Source of the DNA: Amoebidium appalachense
Lineage: Eukaryota > Protista > Ichthyosporea
NCBI GenBank assembly: GCA_963693365.1
Contig: CAVNZM010000019.1
Location: forward strand, 71,272 to 135,271
Direction of reading: 5' to 3'
DNA: 64,000 nucleotides
Shown here piece by piece: positions 1-10,223 of the stretch (positions are counted from its first letter, which is position 1; the number at the start of each line of letters is the position of its first letter). The notes beneath the pieces are model-generated. The model did no database searches. It saw only the letters and a list, made by a program, of their open reading frames with translations, and was not told where the DNA came from. The translations under genes were made by a program, and so were the position numbers.

Positions 1-638
1 AGTAATTCGGTCTCGAACAGCTGCATACACAGCTTAGCCTCCGACTCGCGCAGAGCCGGCCAGTGTACAGTCGCATCAAAGTACTTGCGTGTCGCACACG
101 ACGCCTCCGATGCCGTGCTCGCGAGCCCGATGATGGGAATCGCGTACGCTAGGCCGAGCACAAGCACCGAGATGCTCTGCTCCGTCAGGTTGTGGGCATC
201 TCGCACAACAAGGGCTCCTCGTCGATCGTGCTGTGCAATCCAGTTTAGCAAGGGCAGGTTCTCCGTGTTCAGCAGCTCGCCTACCATGACCACCCACGGA
301 AAAACGCCGACCCGCCGACACACCGAGAAGACACAGTGCAGCTTGCCGCCACCGGCCGGTCCGTACAGCAGCACCTTCTGGTTTGCAGCCATGTGAGCAT
401 GGGTCGTGGTCACCTCCTCGCGGTCCACGAGCAGTATCTCTTTGAGGTCGGTGCTGGCGCGTGCCAGCCATCCCAGGAGCTTCTGGCGGTCTTCGGGGGC
501 AAGGATCGGCGGGTTTCCCCCACCGAGTGCTTCGACTTGATTCTTGGCCTGCGCCGGTTTGCCGCGATTCACAACATTTGCCCGCAGATCATGGTTGGCG
601 GCTAGGTATCCCTTCAGCGTCGAGGGTTCATACGACAT
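1..638 (-). CDS. Replication factor C large-subunit-like AAA+ ATPase (runs off the window start)
   Basis: Manual translation from ATG 638, not in ORF track: MSYEPSTL...VLLYGPAGGGKL (Walker A)...LVVRDAHNL (Walker B-like)...IPIIGLAS (sensor 1); open to position 1. Confidence 0.7.
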   Translation of the reverse strand, partial: MSYEPSTLKGYLAANHDLRANVVNRGKPAQAKNQVEALGGGNPPILAPEDRQKLLGWLARASTDLKEILLVDREEVTTTHAHMAANQKVLLYGPAGGGKLHCVFSVCRRVGVFPWVVMVGELLNTENLPLLNWIAQHDRRGALVVRDAHNLTEQSISVLVLGLAYAIPIIGLASTASEASCATRKYFDATVHWPALRESEAKLCMQLFETEL

Positions 639-660
639 ACCTGACGCGCGGAAAATACCG

Positions 661-1050
661 CTAGCGGGGCGCGTTCCACTGCCACCGTGGCGAGGAGGGC
701 TCCACGGGTGGATGCTGCTGCATGCGGCGCAGGTCCTCGCCCATGTGCATGACCGTCCAACGCAGCCGCACGATCTCCCGCACAAAGTCGTTGTGGTCGT
801 GCTGCATGTCGGCGAGGTTGTCAATAAGCTCGCCCACCTTGTCGTACACGGCATGCAGGTCCTTGCGCATGGCGTCGATCTCGCGCACGTACAGCTCAAC
901 CAACGATGCCTTGCGGTCGTTCTCGTGCTCCAGGCGCGCCACGTCCTCCTTCAGCGACCGCACGCGCGCGTACACGTCGTTGCGCATCAGCCGGCCGAGC
1001 CCGAGGCCCTCGGAGAGAACCGACTGCCGCCGCATACATGGGGGCGACAT
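661..1050 (-). CDS. Hypothetical coiled-coil protein
   Basis: GC3-rich ORF with heptad pattern (VRSLKEDVARLEHENDRK...). Confidence 0.55.
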   Translation of the reverse strand: MSPPCMRRQSVLSEGLGLGRLMRNDVYARVRSLKEDVARLEHENDRKASLVELYVREIDAMRKDLHAVYDKVGELIDNLADMQHDHNDFVREIVRLRWTVMHMGEDLRRMQQHPPVEPSSPRWQWNAPR

Positions 1051-1057
1051 TTTGTCC

Positions 1058-3442
1058 TTAAATGGAACTCGTCCATGACCCATCGCTCACAAACAACACG
1101 GCGCCATTGTCCCTGCGCACCACAGCAATCAGCACTCCCGCGGTGCTTGCTGCTGTGCCGTTATTGGCCACGAAACTAACGACGTTTCCAAAGGGCTGTA
1201 GGGTAGCATTGATCTTGGGGTAGGAGGTGGTCGTCCAGCCACCGACTACCACTCCGAGCTTAATGCCGTTCACACTCACTTGCATCGTCTTGTCGCACAG
1301 CGCATGAATCACAACATCAAGGGGGGAGCTCCCGTTGTCGTAGGTTTTGTAGCCGTACGTCCAGCTGGGCATACAACCCAGATGCGCGTTAGGCACGGAC
1401 CAGATCCACTTTGCGACAGTGGTCACAAACCCCGATGCCGAGCCCCAGGGCGACATGGGGTACGTGCCAAGTTCAACAGCCCATCTCCGAATGTGATAGC
1501 CGTTCCATTCGCACAGGACTCCTTGGTTCCGGTAGGCCTCTGGAACATCAGGCTCCATGATATATGTTTGCTGCGTACTGTAAGTCCAGGCGGAAATACC
1601 GGGTGGATTTGTCCAGGCCTGCAACGGCCACGCTGCCACCGTCTTGCGCATATAGCAGTAGCCATAGACACCGCCTACATTGACGACGGGCGCAAAGCCA
1701 AATTGCCGACACCCCGAGGTGGCCTCTGCACGTGCCATGCATTGCTGCGGGCTTGCGTATCCGAAATTGCTGGCATCTGTCCAGTCGTTGAATGTGTTGC
1801 TGGTGCTGTGGTCGGCCAGCTGGTCAAACACGTACCAGCGCGAGCGTGCATACGGCATGTAGACGTACCACCCCGACCAGTTGTTCCAGCGCCATGGCAC
1901 ACACGAGTTGACAAGTGTGGTAGACACGTAGCTCGAGGTGTTTGTCGCTGCGCCCGGCATGGTCTTGGTCAAAAGATCCGCCCTCACCACCACAGATTCT
2001 GCCGACCGCACCCCATTGGGGACCATGACATCGTTTGTGTTGATGTCACCAGACACACAGTTAAGATTGGGCGCACTGCTGGTGGTTTCGTAGCAAACCT
2101 TTGTGTAACCCTTTGTGTCTGCGTACGCGACTATTGCCGCCCAATGGTTTGTTCCAGCTGGGTTGGATACCGAGGCACCCGCCGAAAAAGTTCTCCTTGC
2201 CAGCTGTACCCAGGGGGCTCGGGTGGTCTGCGGCACAATGCACACGTAGTCCCAACTCCCGCAGTCAAGCATGCGTGTCCACCTGTCCTGCGACGACTGC
2301 ACCTCGGCAAACTTGCTGGGGTCGTACCGTCCGAACGCGTTGCTGTACTCGCAGTAGATCAGGTACAGCGGCGTGCGGCTCCCTGACATGCTTGCACACG
2401 TTACGGCCACGGCCCCGGCAGCCACACTTCTGATCTGGGGCCGCCGGCACGCCACGAAGCCCGGCTTTGGGACTAGGTAGAAGAATACGGACGCCGTTAT
2501 CTGACGGGACTCGCCTTCGGGTTTATCAACGAAATCGGATGTGGACATGTCTAAGGTTCCGACCCCGTAGACAGCCACCGGCTCGGTGTTGTTCTTGCTC
2601 ACTATCTTGCATGGCATCAGCCCGTGCTCCTTAGTCACACAGAAGCCCCCCCACACCGGTCCATACGCGTCGCACTGGAACATCACGGCATTGCGCGGTG
2701 GCACCGCCCGGCGCACCAGCGTGTAGGTCTCAAACTCCACCTCGTTGCACGCCAGCCGCCGCACGTCCCGCCCGATGGCTTCGGGATCCATGCAGTGCAG
2801 CGCCACGTTGCGCACGCCCACCTCGCTGTAGCTGCTGCCCGTCTGTGCGCCGATGCACACGTAGCTGCTGCTGGGCGACACGGACGTCGTCACAGCCGTG
2901 CTTGTGACGGTCTTTGTGGCTGCCCCGTGCACGTACGTCACCCGCTGGTCCCGGACCACGTCAATCACAACTGGCGTCCAGGCCCCCGTCGTCGTGTACG
3001 TGGAGTCGAGATCCACGGACTGCGTGAGCGTCTCGGTGCTCAGCGTACCGGCCTGGCCGTCCATAGTCAGCCGAAGGTCCACGTTGGTGCTTCCACTGCT
3101 CGATGCGTGCCCCAGAACGGGACTCCACACGGCCGCCCATATCTTGGTTCCCGGCAGCGCCGTGAAGCGCTTGACCCGCACCTCGAAGCTGAGCGTAAAC
3201 CGGCGGCCCGCATGCAGGGGCCAGAACACGTAGCCCAGCTGGCTGGCCGTGCCCGGGGTCAGCCGGATCTCCCCCCCTGTCTTGTCCAAGTACGCACATC
3301 CTCCCAGGTGGCCTGTGGCCGGGGCCTGCCAGCCCGTGGCGGCCCACACGTCCGGGGTCTCCCAGACGAGGCACCGCGATCCCTGCTGGCTGGTGGGCAG
3401 CCACGCAATGCGAGCTGTAAGGGCACTCACACGGTCGCCCAT
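1058..3442 (-). CDS. Lectin-like multidomain protein, paralog 1 (L-type lectin-like N-term, PAN/apple domain, CBM67-like C-term)
   Basis: Start MGDRVSALTARI matches paralogs; GGCAY...EIRLT...QLGYVFW; PAN-like QCMARAEATSGCRQFGF...CYMRK; C-term AKWIW...VNG...AGVL...VSDGSW. Confidence 0.7.
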   Translation of the reverse strand: MGDRVSALTARIAWLPTSQQGSRCLVWETPDVWAATGWQAPATGHLGGCAYLDKTGGEIRLTPGTASQLGYVFWPLHAGRRFTLSFEVRVKRFTALPGTKIWAAVWSPVLGHASSSGSTNVDLRLTMDGQAGTLSTETLTQSVDLDSTYTTTGAWTPVVIDVVRDQRVTYVHGAATKTVTSTAVTTSVSPSSSYVCIGAQTGSSYSEVGVRNVALHCMDPEAIGRDVRRLACNEVEFETYTLVRRAVPPRNAVMFQCDAYGPVWGGFCVTKEHGLMPCKIVSKNNTEPVAVYGVGTLDMSTSDFVDKPEGESRQITASVFFYLVPKPGFVACRRPQIRSVAAGAVAVTCASMSGSRTPLYLIYCEYSNAFGRYDPSKFAEVQSSQDRWTRMLDCGSWDYVCIVPQTTRAPWVQLARRTFSAGASVSNPAGTNHWAAIVAYADTKGYTKVCYETTSSAPNLNCVSGDINTNDVMVPNGVRSAESVVVRADLLTKTMPGAATNTSSYVSTTLVNSCVPWRWNNWSGWYVYMPYARSRWYVFDQLADHSTSNTFNDWTDASNFGYASPQQCMARAEATSGCRQFGFAPVVNVGGVYGYCYMRKTVAAWPLQAWTNPPGISAWTYSTQQTYIMEPDVPEAYRNQGVLCEWNGYHIRRWAVELGTYPMSPWGSASGFVTTVAKWIWSVPNAHLGCMPSWTYGYKTYDNGSSPLDVVIHALCDKTMQVSVNGIKLGVVVGGWTTTSYPKINATLQPFGNVVSFVANNGTAASTAGVLIAVVRRDNGAVLFVSDGSWTSSI

Positions 3443-3465
3443 AATGCAGTCCCCCACAAAATGTG

Positions 3466-5067
3466 CTAGGCGAGCATGGCCATGTTCAGGTACCAGCCAC
3501 AGGCAGCGTGCCAGCGCCACACCAGCAGGTTGGTGTCCGTGTAGTCGGCGTTGGTGTACGCCGTTGGCGATACACGCGGCTTGGCGTTCTCGAACACGTC
3601 GGTGCGGATGATGCACGCCCCGTCCCGCCACGTGGTCTTGGCCGGCCACGACGGGGCCGGCTTGAAGTAGTACCCCCGCCCCAGTGCCGGCTTGTACGAG
3701 TAGTCCACGGCCATGAGCGTGACCCCTTTTGCGGCCGCCATGCGCTCGCCCTCCGCCACGATCTCGTCCACGTCCAGGCCCGTGAAGGTAGTCGCCGGTG
3801 ACCACTCACCACCTACAGAACTTGTGCAGACGCCTCGTGGGAGCGTCACGTACCGCCCCTTGGTGGTCTGCGGGACGACGCACACGTACTCCCACGACCC
3901 GTCGTCTGTAAGCGTGATAGCGCCCATGTATTCACACAGGATCGAACCCCCCGGCTCGTACGAGCCGTACGTGAACGTGTCCGTGCGTTCCAGAGAGATG
4001 AGGTACAGGGCGCCACGCTCTTGCGCTGCCCGTGGTTTGCCGATGTACAGCGCGCTATTGGGCGGTCCCCCGATCTGCCGCCTGCGCGTTGCAACAAACC
4101 CGGCCTTGGGCACCACATAGAAGAACGTTGTGCTTGAGTAGGACGCCCCACCCAGGGCGTAGTACGCCGTCATCGGGCTTCCGATCGCCGAAATCTTGCA
4201 CGGCACCATGCCGTGTGCTGATGCGCAGAACCCCGCATAGATCGGCCCCAGATTAACATGTACCCCAAACGTCACGGCCCCCGGCGGCGGTCGGCTCGCA
4301 CGCACAAGCGTGTGCGTGGGAAACTCGAGCTCGTTGATGGCCGTCAGCGCGGCGTCGCACCCGGGCGACGGCGTGTTGGTGGTGAGCGTGATGTTGCGCA
4401 CGGCGTGCTCGCACGAGAGCCCGCCCGTGCGTGCGCACAGTGAGAGGATGGTCGCGCGCGTGGGGGCAGGCTGTGTGGGTGTCTGGGTGTGCAGCTGCGT
4501 CCAGCCCGCTCCCTTGTCCAGCAGCACCTGCAGCCCGTTGGTCTTGGCGGCAAACCGCACCATGCACGTCCACCACACCCCGTTGGTGCCGGCTCGGGGG
4601 TACGTGGCTGTGCCCAGCACCGTGGCGCCAAAGTACACCCGCGACTGCGCCTCGTACTCGTCAAACGTCAGCCGGTACGCCCCGGGCTGCAGCAGCTCGT
4701 CTTCCCCCTGGTATCGCTGGCCGGAGTACCGTTGCCCCAAGCTAAACCAGTTGGCCCACAAGGCATCGGCACCGCTGGTCGTGCCGTCGCCGGCCCTGAA
4801 CTGGAAAGCAAGCTGGAAGTTGTCCACGGGTGGCATTACCCACACCACATAGCCGTGCTGGCTGCTCTGCTTGTCCGTCAGCCGGATCTCCCCCCCCGCC
4901 CTGTTCATGTACGCAGTCCCCCCCAGCACGCCCGCCGCCGGCGCCACCCACGCCGTGCCCTGCTGCGTGGCGCTCCACGTTTCGGCGTTCTCAAGCACCA
5001 GCGTCGTCGTGTGCCGCCCTGCCAGCTTGTCGATTCGCGCGTCCAGCGTCGCCAGCCGGTCCGCCAT
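3466..5067 (-). CDS. Lectin-like protein, paralog 2
   Basis: MADRLATLDARI; GGTAYMNRAGGEIRLT...QHGYVVW; shared FFYVVPKAGFVA, VCVVPQ and WRW..GWY motifs. Confidence 0.7.
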   Translation of the reverse strand: MADRLATLDARIDKLAGRHTTTLVLENAETWSATQQGTAWVAPAAGVLGGTAYMNRAGGEIRLTDKQSSQHGYVVWVMPPVDNFQLAFQFRAGDGTTSGADALWANWFSLGQRYSGQRYQGEDELLQPGAYRLTFDEYEAQSRVYFGATVLGTATYPRAGTNGVWWTCMVRFAAKTNGLQVLLDKGAGWTQLHTQTPTQPAPTRATILSLCARTGGLSCEHAVRNITLTTNTPSPGCDAALTAINELEFPTHTLVRASRPPPGAVTFGVHVNLGPIYAGFCASAHGMVPCKISAIGSPMTAYYALGGASYSSTTFFYVVPKAGFVATRRRQIGGPPNSALYIGKPRAAQERGALYLISLERTDTFTYGSYEPGGSILCEYMGAITLTDDGSWEYVCVVPQTTKGRYVTLPRGVCTSSVGGEWSPATTFTGLDVDEIVAEGERMAAAKGVTLMAVDYSYKPALGRGYYFKPAPSWPAKTTWRDGACIIRTDVFENAKPRVSPTAYTNADYTDTNLLVWRWHAACGWYLNMAMLA

Positions 5068-5100
5068 TGCCCACTGCGCACATTTGTTTTGCCCTACTCA

Positions 5101-6729
5101 ATGGCGGACCGCCTCGCCCGCCTCACACAGCGCATCCTCAACATCGAGGGCTCGCCCCCCCGATGTGTGCTCCAGGAGACCCCCGAGAACTGGGCCCGCA
5201 CCAACTGGGCGTGCCCCACCACCGGCACGCTCGGCGGCAGCGCCTACATGAACAGGGCCAATGCCGAGATCCGCCTCACCAACCGCGCCGCCAACCAGAC
5301 CGGCTACGTGTACTGGCCTGTGTGCCCCGGGCAGCGCTTCGTGCTGTCCTTCAAGTTCAGGACCGGCGCCGGGTCCATCCCGCAGAAGGAGGCCCTGTAC
5401 GTGTCGTGGAACCAGGCCAACTCGTTCCCAAACGGAGCCGTCGCCGGCAAGGAGTTCCGCCTGCAGTTCAATCCGGGGTCCGGGAAGGTCGTGTCCTACC
5501 AGCCCAACGGCTCGTTCAACTTCCTGGGATGGCCGGCCAACGGCACCAACGGCGCCTGGCAGACGTGCGTCATAAGCATCGCCCCGGACGCCGGCTACGT
5601 GTTCTGTTCGCTCGGCCGGCTGCGCCTGACATACACACTGGCCGACCTGACCCCCTCATCCACCGCCAGTACCTTTCTCTCGCTGTGCGCCTACACATCC
5701 ACGGCCGACTACACCGAGCACGCCGTCAAGGACATCGAGCTGTGGACGTACGACCTGGGCGTGCCCGGCCGCGACGCCCGCTCGCTCGTGCTCAACGAGA
5801 TCGACGGGCCCGGCTACCGCTGGGTCCGCAGCCCGCGCGTGCCGCCCGGGGCCGTGACGTTTGGGATAATCTACAAGGAGGGTCCTACCTTCGCAGCTTT
5901 GTGCTTCACGTGGGCGCACGGCTCGAAATTTGGAACGGTCCGATGTGTCAATGTTACCACCGGGTCCCTTGCAGGCACGTATGCAGCACCAGGTGTCGCA
6001 GGCATGCCCTCTCTGTACCGCAACATGTTCCAAACGGACAACTTCTTCTACCTTGTCCCCAAGCCGGGCTTTGTCGCCGTTGAGAGGAGGTACCCGAGCT
6101 TCGGATCGGATAGCTGGACCGCCCCACCAGGCGCCCTCTGCACGGAGTCCCTCAGTTGGCTCTCGAACACACCCGTTCCCGCCTATCTTGTCAGCGACGG
6201 GAGAAGCGATTCCTATATTTTCGGAGGCGCCATCAACAACGAGAACATACTATTGGACGTCGGCATGGATGAGATAAGCGTATCGTACGGCCACAAAACA
6301 AAGTTTGTCTGTGTTGTCCCTCAGGCTACAAAGTACAGATACGTGGCACTGCCTTATAATGTGGCAATCAACACCGCAAAAACCAAGCAGTCGGTCAGGG
6401 ATAGTACGGAACCGTTCTGGGACACAAACGAAATGGGGCGCCTCATGGAGGCCGCCAACCCAGGCGTTTCGTGTGCGAAATTTGATTTTACAAGCGACAA
6501 CAATGAACCTCTGGTGTCCTCCTTCTACACGGGCTCCCCGTGGCCCGCACAAACGACTGGCAACTACTACACGGGAAGCATCGTGCGCCTGGACGACCTC
6601 GAGGGCGCAAAGCCAGATGGCACCGTCGACGCGCAGCAGTACAAGGACGTGGACTACTATGACGCCACACGGAACCTGACGTGGCGCTGGTGCGACTGGG
6701 CCGGCTGGTATCTCAACATAAATGCGTGA
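5101..6729 (+). CDS. Lectin-like protein, paralog 3
   Basis: True start ATG 5101 (MADRLARLTQRI); GGSAYMNRANAEIRLT...QTGYVYW; same shared motifs. Confidence 0.7.
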   Translation: MADRLARLTQRILNIEGSPPRCVLQETPENWARTNWACPTTGTLGGSAYMNRANAEIRLTNRAANQTGYVYWPVCPGQRFVLSFKFRTGAGSIPQKEALYVSWNQANSFPNGAVAGKEFRLQFNPGSGKVVSYQPNGSFNFLGWPANGTNGAWQTCVISIAPDAGYVFCSLGRLRLTYTLADLTPSSTASTFLSLCAYTSTADYTEHAVKDIELWTYDLGVPGRDARSLVLNEIDGPGYRWVRSPRVPPGAVTFGIIYKEGPTFAALCFTWAHGSKFGTVRCVNVTTGSLAGTYAAPGVAGMPSLYRNMFQTDNFFYLVPKPGFVAVERRYPSFGSDSWTAPPGALCTESLSWLSNTPVPAYLVSDGRSDSYIFGGAINNENILLDVGMDEISVSYGHKTKFVCVVPQATKYRYVALPYNVAINTAKTKQSVRDSTEPFWDTNEMGRLMEAANPGVSCAKFDFTSDNNEPLVSSFYTGSPWPAQTTGNYYTGSIVRLDDLEGAKPDGTVDAQQYKDVDYYDATRNLTWRWCDWAGWYLNINA

Positions 6730-6741
6730 ACTTGTCAGACT

Positions 6742-8089
6742 TTACTCAAGCCGGGCGACCAGCGCCTCGAGCGCCGACGTCAGCCGGTCCACATGGTCGT
6801 TGATGGCCAGCACGGCCTCGGCGATCGTCGCCTTGCCCGCGGCGGGCCCCACGGTCGGCGCGGCCCACGTGCCCACGTTGGCCGGCGGGGCGCTCGCGTT
6901 CAGCGCGAGCACGGCGGCTGAGATGGTGGTTTTGGTGGCGGCGGGGCCCGTGGTGGGGGTGGTGTAGGTGCCGACCACGCTGGTGTTTGCTTTGGTGTTC
7001 AACTGCGTATCGCAGTAACTTTTGTCGGCCTTCGCAGCCAGCGTAGTGCCTTGAGTGTGGACGGTTGTTTGGAGTGCCTGAACGTGTGTTGGTTGGGTGT
7101 TTGGAGTGCCTGCACAGTGCTTGAGTCTGCTTTCGCCGCTAGGGTTGTGCCGTGTGTCTGCACGGTGCTCTGCAAAGCATCCACAATGGTAGCTTCCGCT
7201 TTTTTGGCTAGAAGGCCGTCTACGTAACTTGAGTCTGCTTTCGCCGCTAGGGTTGTGCCGTGTGTCTGCACGGTGCTCTGCAAAGCATCCACAATGGTGG
7301 CTTCCGCTTTTTGGCTAGAAGGCCGTCTACGTAACTTGAGTCTGCTTTCGCCGCTAGGGTTGTGCCGTGTGTCTGCACGGTGCTCTGCAAAGCATCCACA
7401 ATGGTGGCTTCCGCTTTTTTGGCTAGAAGGCCGTCTACGTAAACGGTTCTGTTAGTGAAATCGGTTCTTAATGTTGCAACCACGGCCTTGGATTCCCTAA
7501 GGTCGAGTTCGCCATCGACATAGGCGGTCCTATCAGTAAAGTTGTTTCTGAGCTTCCCCACCACGGCCTTGGTCTCCCTGTTCGACAATTCGCTGTCTAC
7601 ATAGACAGTCCGTTCGGTGAAGTCACTGCGGAGCTGGGCCACCACACTCTTCTCTTCTTTTAGAAGGACTTGCTGTTCGATGTTTGTGCACCGGTCACCA
7701 AACTCCTGCGTGATGCCATCGAGAGTTGTGTCGATCGTGATCTTATCTGCTTTCTGGTCTAGGCGCTCCGCCACACTAACTTCATCTGCTTTTGTATTAA
7801 CCACCTCGGCAAGCGCTGCCAGTGCAGTCTTCTCAGCCTTGAGAGCCAGACTAGCTTGATGGCTTCTCAATGTTGCGTTGATTTCATTCACCGTGGACAA
7901 CACGTTATCGTCCTTGACCGTCAGCGCGCTGTTCAGGACCCCCACCGCCGCGCCCAGCGTCAGCCCCGCGCACGGCCCCTCAACCGGAACGGAGTAGGGG
8001 AGGACTTGGGCCACGCACGCTGCCGCATCCTCGAGGTTCAGGGTGCCCGTGTCGAATGAGATGGAGTGGGGCACGAGTGCCTGCTCCAT
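6742..8089 (-). CDS. Fibre-like coiled-coil protein with KAD/KAE repeats (frameshifted across three ORFs)
   Basis: ORFs 7247-8146, 6999-7292 and 6742-7002 join into one repeat protein (KADSSYVDGLLAKKAEATIVDALQSTVQTHGTTLAA units). Confidence 0.6.
7121..7443. repeat. Three near-identical 108-bp tandem repeats (36-aa units)
   Basis: Units start near 7121, 7229 and 7336; the middle unit is 1 nt shorter in a T-run. Confidence 0.9.
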
Positions 8090-8499
8090 GCACACCAGTT
8101 CTTTGCAACGCAACATTTGCTTACAGCGCCGATGATAATCATGCAATCCACTGATCGAATATTTTGCTTGCCTATATTCCGGGAGGGGCTCCTTTATTCA
8201 ATAAAAGCGGTCCTGGACAGGGCGAACAGGGTCAACCCCACGACCCTGTTCTCTAGAAATTTCGGAGACATTGCAACGGGTGCCACGGTGTTCTCTTTGT
8301 CCGCGGGAGACATGGTGGGGCCGAGGACCGTTTTCTCTACGAATTCGCGGGCCAAAGGGTCGCGCCCGCCGTCCTGTTCTCTCTGGTTTGGTAAGAAAAC
8401 GTCCGGGCGGGTCGGGCTGCTCGGGGGGAGAACACGGTCGGTGCATCTTGGGGAAGGGGGGGGGGGGGGGGGGGGTTTCATCCCCCCCCTTTATTTCGT

Positions 8500-9330
8500 T
8501 CAAAAAAGCAGTGTCGACGCCAGCTCGTTTGAGAACGACTCGCGCTGCCTGAGGTCGCGCTGTGTGCTGATGGACGGGAGGTTGTCCAACCCGGCGCTGT
8601 GGATCGCTGGGTCGGGTCGTAGCTGAAGGTTGCCGTTCTTCTTGTACACGGCGGGTGCCGCCACGTTGCGGGGACGTGTCGTGGCGGCAAGCACCTCCTG
8701 CGGCGTCAGCTTCGCCACGCTCAGCCTCTCACGCGGCCGCATCTCGCTGCCCGTGAAGAGGCCCGTGCCCCGGATCTGTGAGATCGCGTCCATGGTGGAG
8801 TTGCTGACGTTTGGCCCTGCCCGATGCACGGTCTGCACAAGGTTGGGGTGCACAGCCGGACGTGCGGGCGCGCCGATGAGCGCTGACGGTGTGCCTGAGG
8901 GAACCACCGAAGCCTGCTGCACAGCCCGCGTCGAAGGAGGCGCCTGCGGTACCGTAACTGGCCCGTTGCCCGTGTTGACGACCGTGCCCCCGCCGTCGGC
9001 CGTGGCGTACTCGTCGTAGCCGAGCACGTACTCGTCCTCCTCGTCTCCAAAGTACTCCTGGTTGCCCATGGCGACGGTATCGTCGTCGAACCCCCTAGCA
9101 CTGTCCCGGTATGCAAGTGCCAGGTCTCGGTCAAATGGGCTGTCGGAGGTTTGCAGCCCCCACTGCATGCCAGGGTCGTTGTTGCCTCCGGGCTGTTGCC
9201 CCGGGTCACTGTCCTCAGGCTGGAACGTAGGTGCTGTTGGCCATGCCGACGCCCTCTTGTTGTAGTAGTAGAAGCCAGCTGCGATGATGCCCATGTACAG
9301 CAGCGTGCGGTCCATGGATCCAGAATTCAT
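8500..9330 (-). CDS. Membrane-anchored protein resembling NCLDV minor capsid protein P11
   Basis: N-terminal TM (LLYMGIIAAGFYYY); C-term KKNGNLQLRPDPAI...ST.RDL resembles the N.N.QLR.(D/E)P motif. Confidence 0.5.
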   Translation of the reverse strand: MNSGSMDRTLLYMGIIAAGFYYYNKRASAWPTAPTFQPEDSDPGQQPGGNNDPGMQWGLQTSDSPFDRDLALAYRDSARGFDDDTVAMGNQEYFGDEEDEYVLGYDEYATADGGGTVVNTGNGPVTVPQAPPSTRAVQQASVVPSGTPSALIGAPARPAVHPNLVQTVHRAGPNVSNSTMDAISQIRGTGLFTGSEMRPRERLSVAKLTPQEVLAATTRPRNVAAPAVYKKNGNLQLRPDPAIHSAGLDNLPSISTQRDLRQRESFSNELASTLLF

Positions 9331-9418
9331 ACCGGTTGTATAGAAAAAAGCCCCAACCCCCGGGCCCCCAAGGGTATAAAAACAGCGTTGCCGGCACGTT
9401 CAGCGTCAGTCCCCCACC

Positions 9419-10204
9419 ATGCTCGTCAAGACCGTGCAAGTCAACACGTTCAAATGCGCCATCGACAGCGTCAAGGACATCCTCGGCGAGGTGACCGTGC
9501 TGTTCAGTGGGAAGGAGGGCTTTGTTCTGCCCGCAGTTGACAATGCAAAGAAGGCCTACGTCTACATGAAGCTGCACCCCGACAAGTTTGAGATCTTCGA
9601 CGTACCCAACGATGTGACCGCCACGTTCGAGATCCAGAACCTGTACAAGATCGTCAAGAACGCCACCGCCCACCGCTTCAACAGCATCGCATTCACCGCC
9701 ACGGACGACACCCTGCAGGTCAAGATGGAGACCACCGATGACAGCAGCTGCATCGTGTACAACATGACCCTGGTCAAGGAGGTGCGGCAAATCCTCGACG
9801 CCCCATCGCTCGATTACGACTGTGTCTTTGTCATCGACGCCCAGGAGCTTGCGCGCTACCTGAGGGACATCCAGGCCGTGTCCAATGTCGTGAAGATCAC
9901 TGTCGCGGATCGCACGCTCCGGCTGCGTGCGCTGGGCGCGCTGGGGAAGTGCAGGATAGACATCCCCGAAAAGGGAGAGGACGCGCTGAAGATCAGAAGG
10001 GGAAAAGCCACGGGTGTGGAGTTCAAGAAGGTCCCGATCGAGAAGGTCAAGGCGCAGTTCATGGTCAAGTATCTCAGCGCGTTCTGCAAGGGCGCGTGCG
10101 TGAACAGCAACGTCAGGATACACATGTCCAGTAACAAGCTCATCCGATTCGAGTACGCCGTCAGTGACTTAGGCGTCCTAGCCTTCCATCTGTGCCCATT
10201 GTGA
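9419..10204 (+). CDS. PCNA: Proliferating cell nuclear antigen (sliding clamp)
   Basis: 261 aa; FKCAIDSVKDIL, AVDNAK.AYVYMKL, FMVKYLSAFCK, RFEY...LGVLAFHLCP; TATAAAA at about 9375. Confidence 0.92.
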   Translation: MLVKTVQVNTFKCAIDSVKDILGEVTVLFSGKEGFVLPAVDNAKKAYVYMKLHPDKFEIFDVPNDVTATFEIQNLYKIVKNATAHRFNSIAFTATDDTLQVKMETTDDSSCIVYNMTLVKEVRQILDAPSLDYDCVFVIDAQELARYLRDIQAVSNVVKITVADRTLRLRALGALGKCRIDIPEKGEDALKIRRGKATGVEFKKVPIEKVKAQFMVKYLSAFCKGACVNSNVRIHMSSNKLIRFEYAVSDLGVLAFHLCPL

Positions 10205-10223
10205 GATTTTCCACGCCTGGGGC

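Noticed and set aside
3443-5100. N-terminal extensions of ORFs 1058-3805 and 4489-6729
   Set aside because: They overlap paralog 2; paralog alignment places the true starts at 3442 and 5101
7121-7443. Direct repeats here and at 42700-42860, 44745-44900 and 62810-62895 as CRISPR arrays
   Set aside because: No unique spacers of regular length and no cas genes; these are coding or promoter tandem repeats
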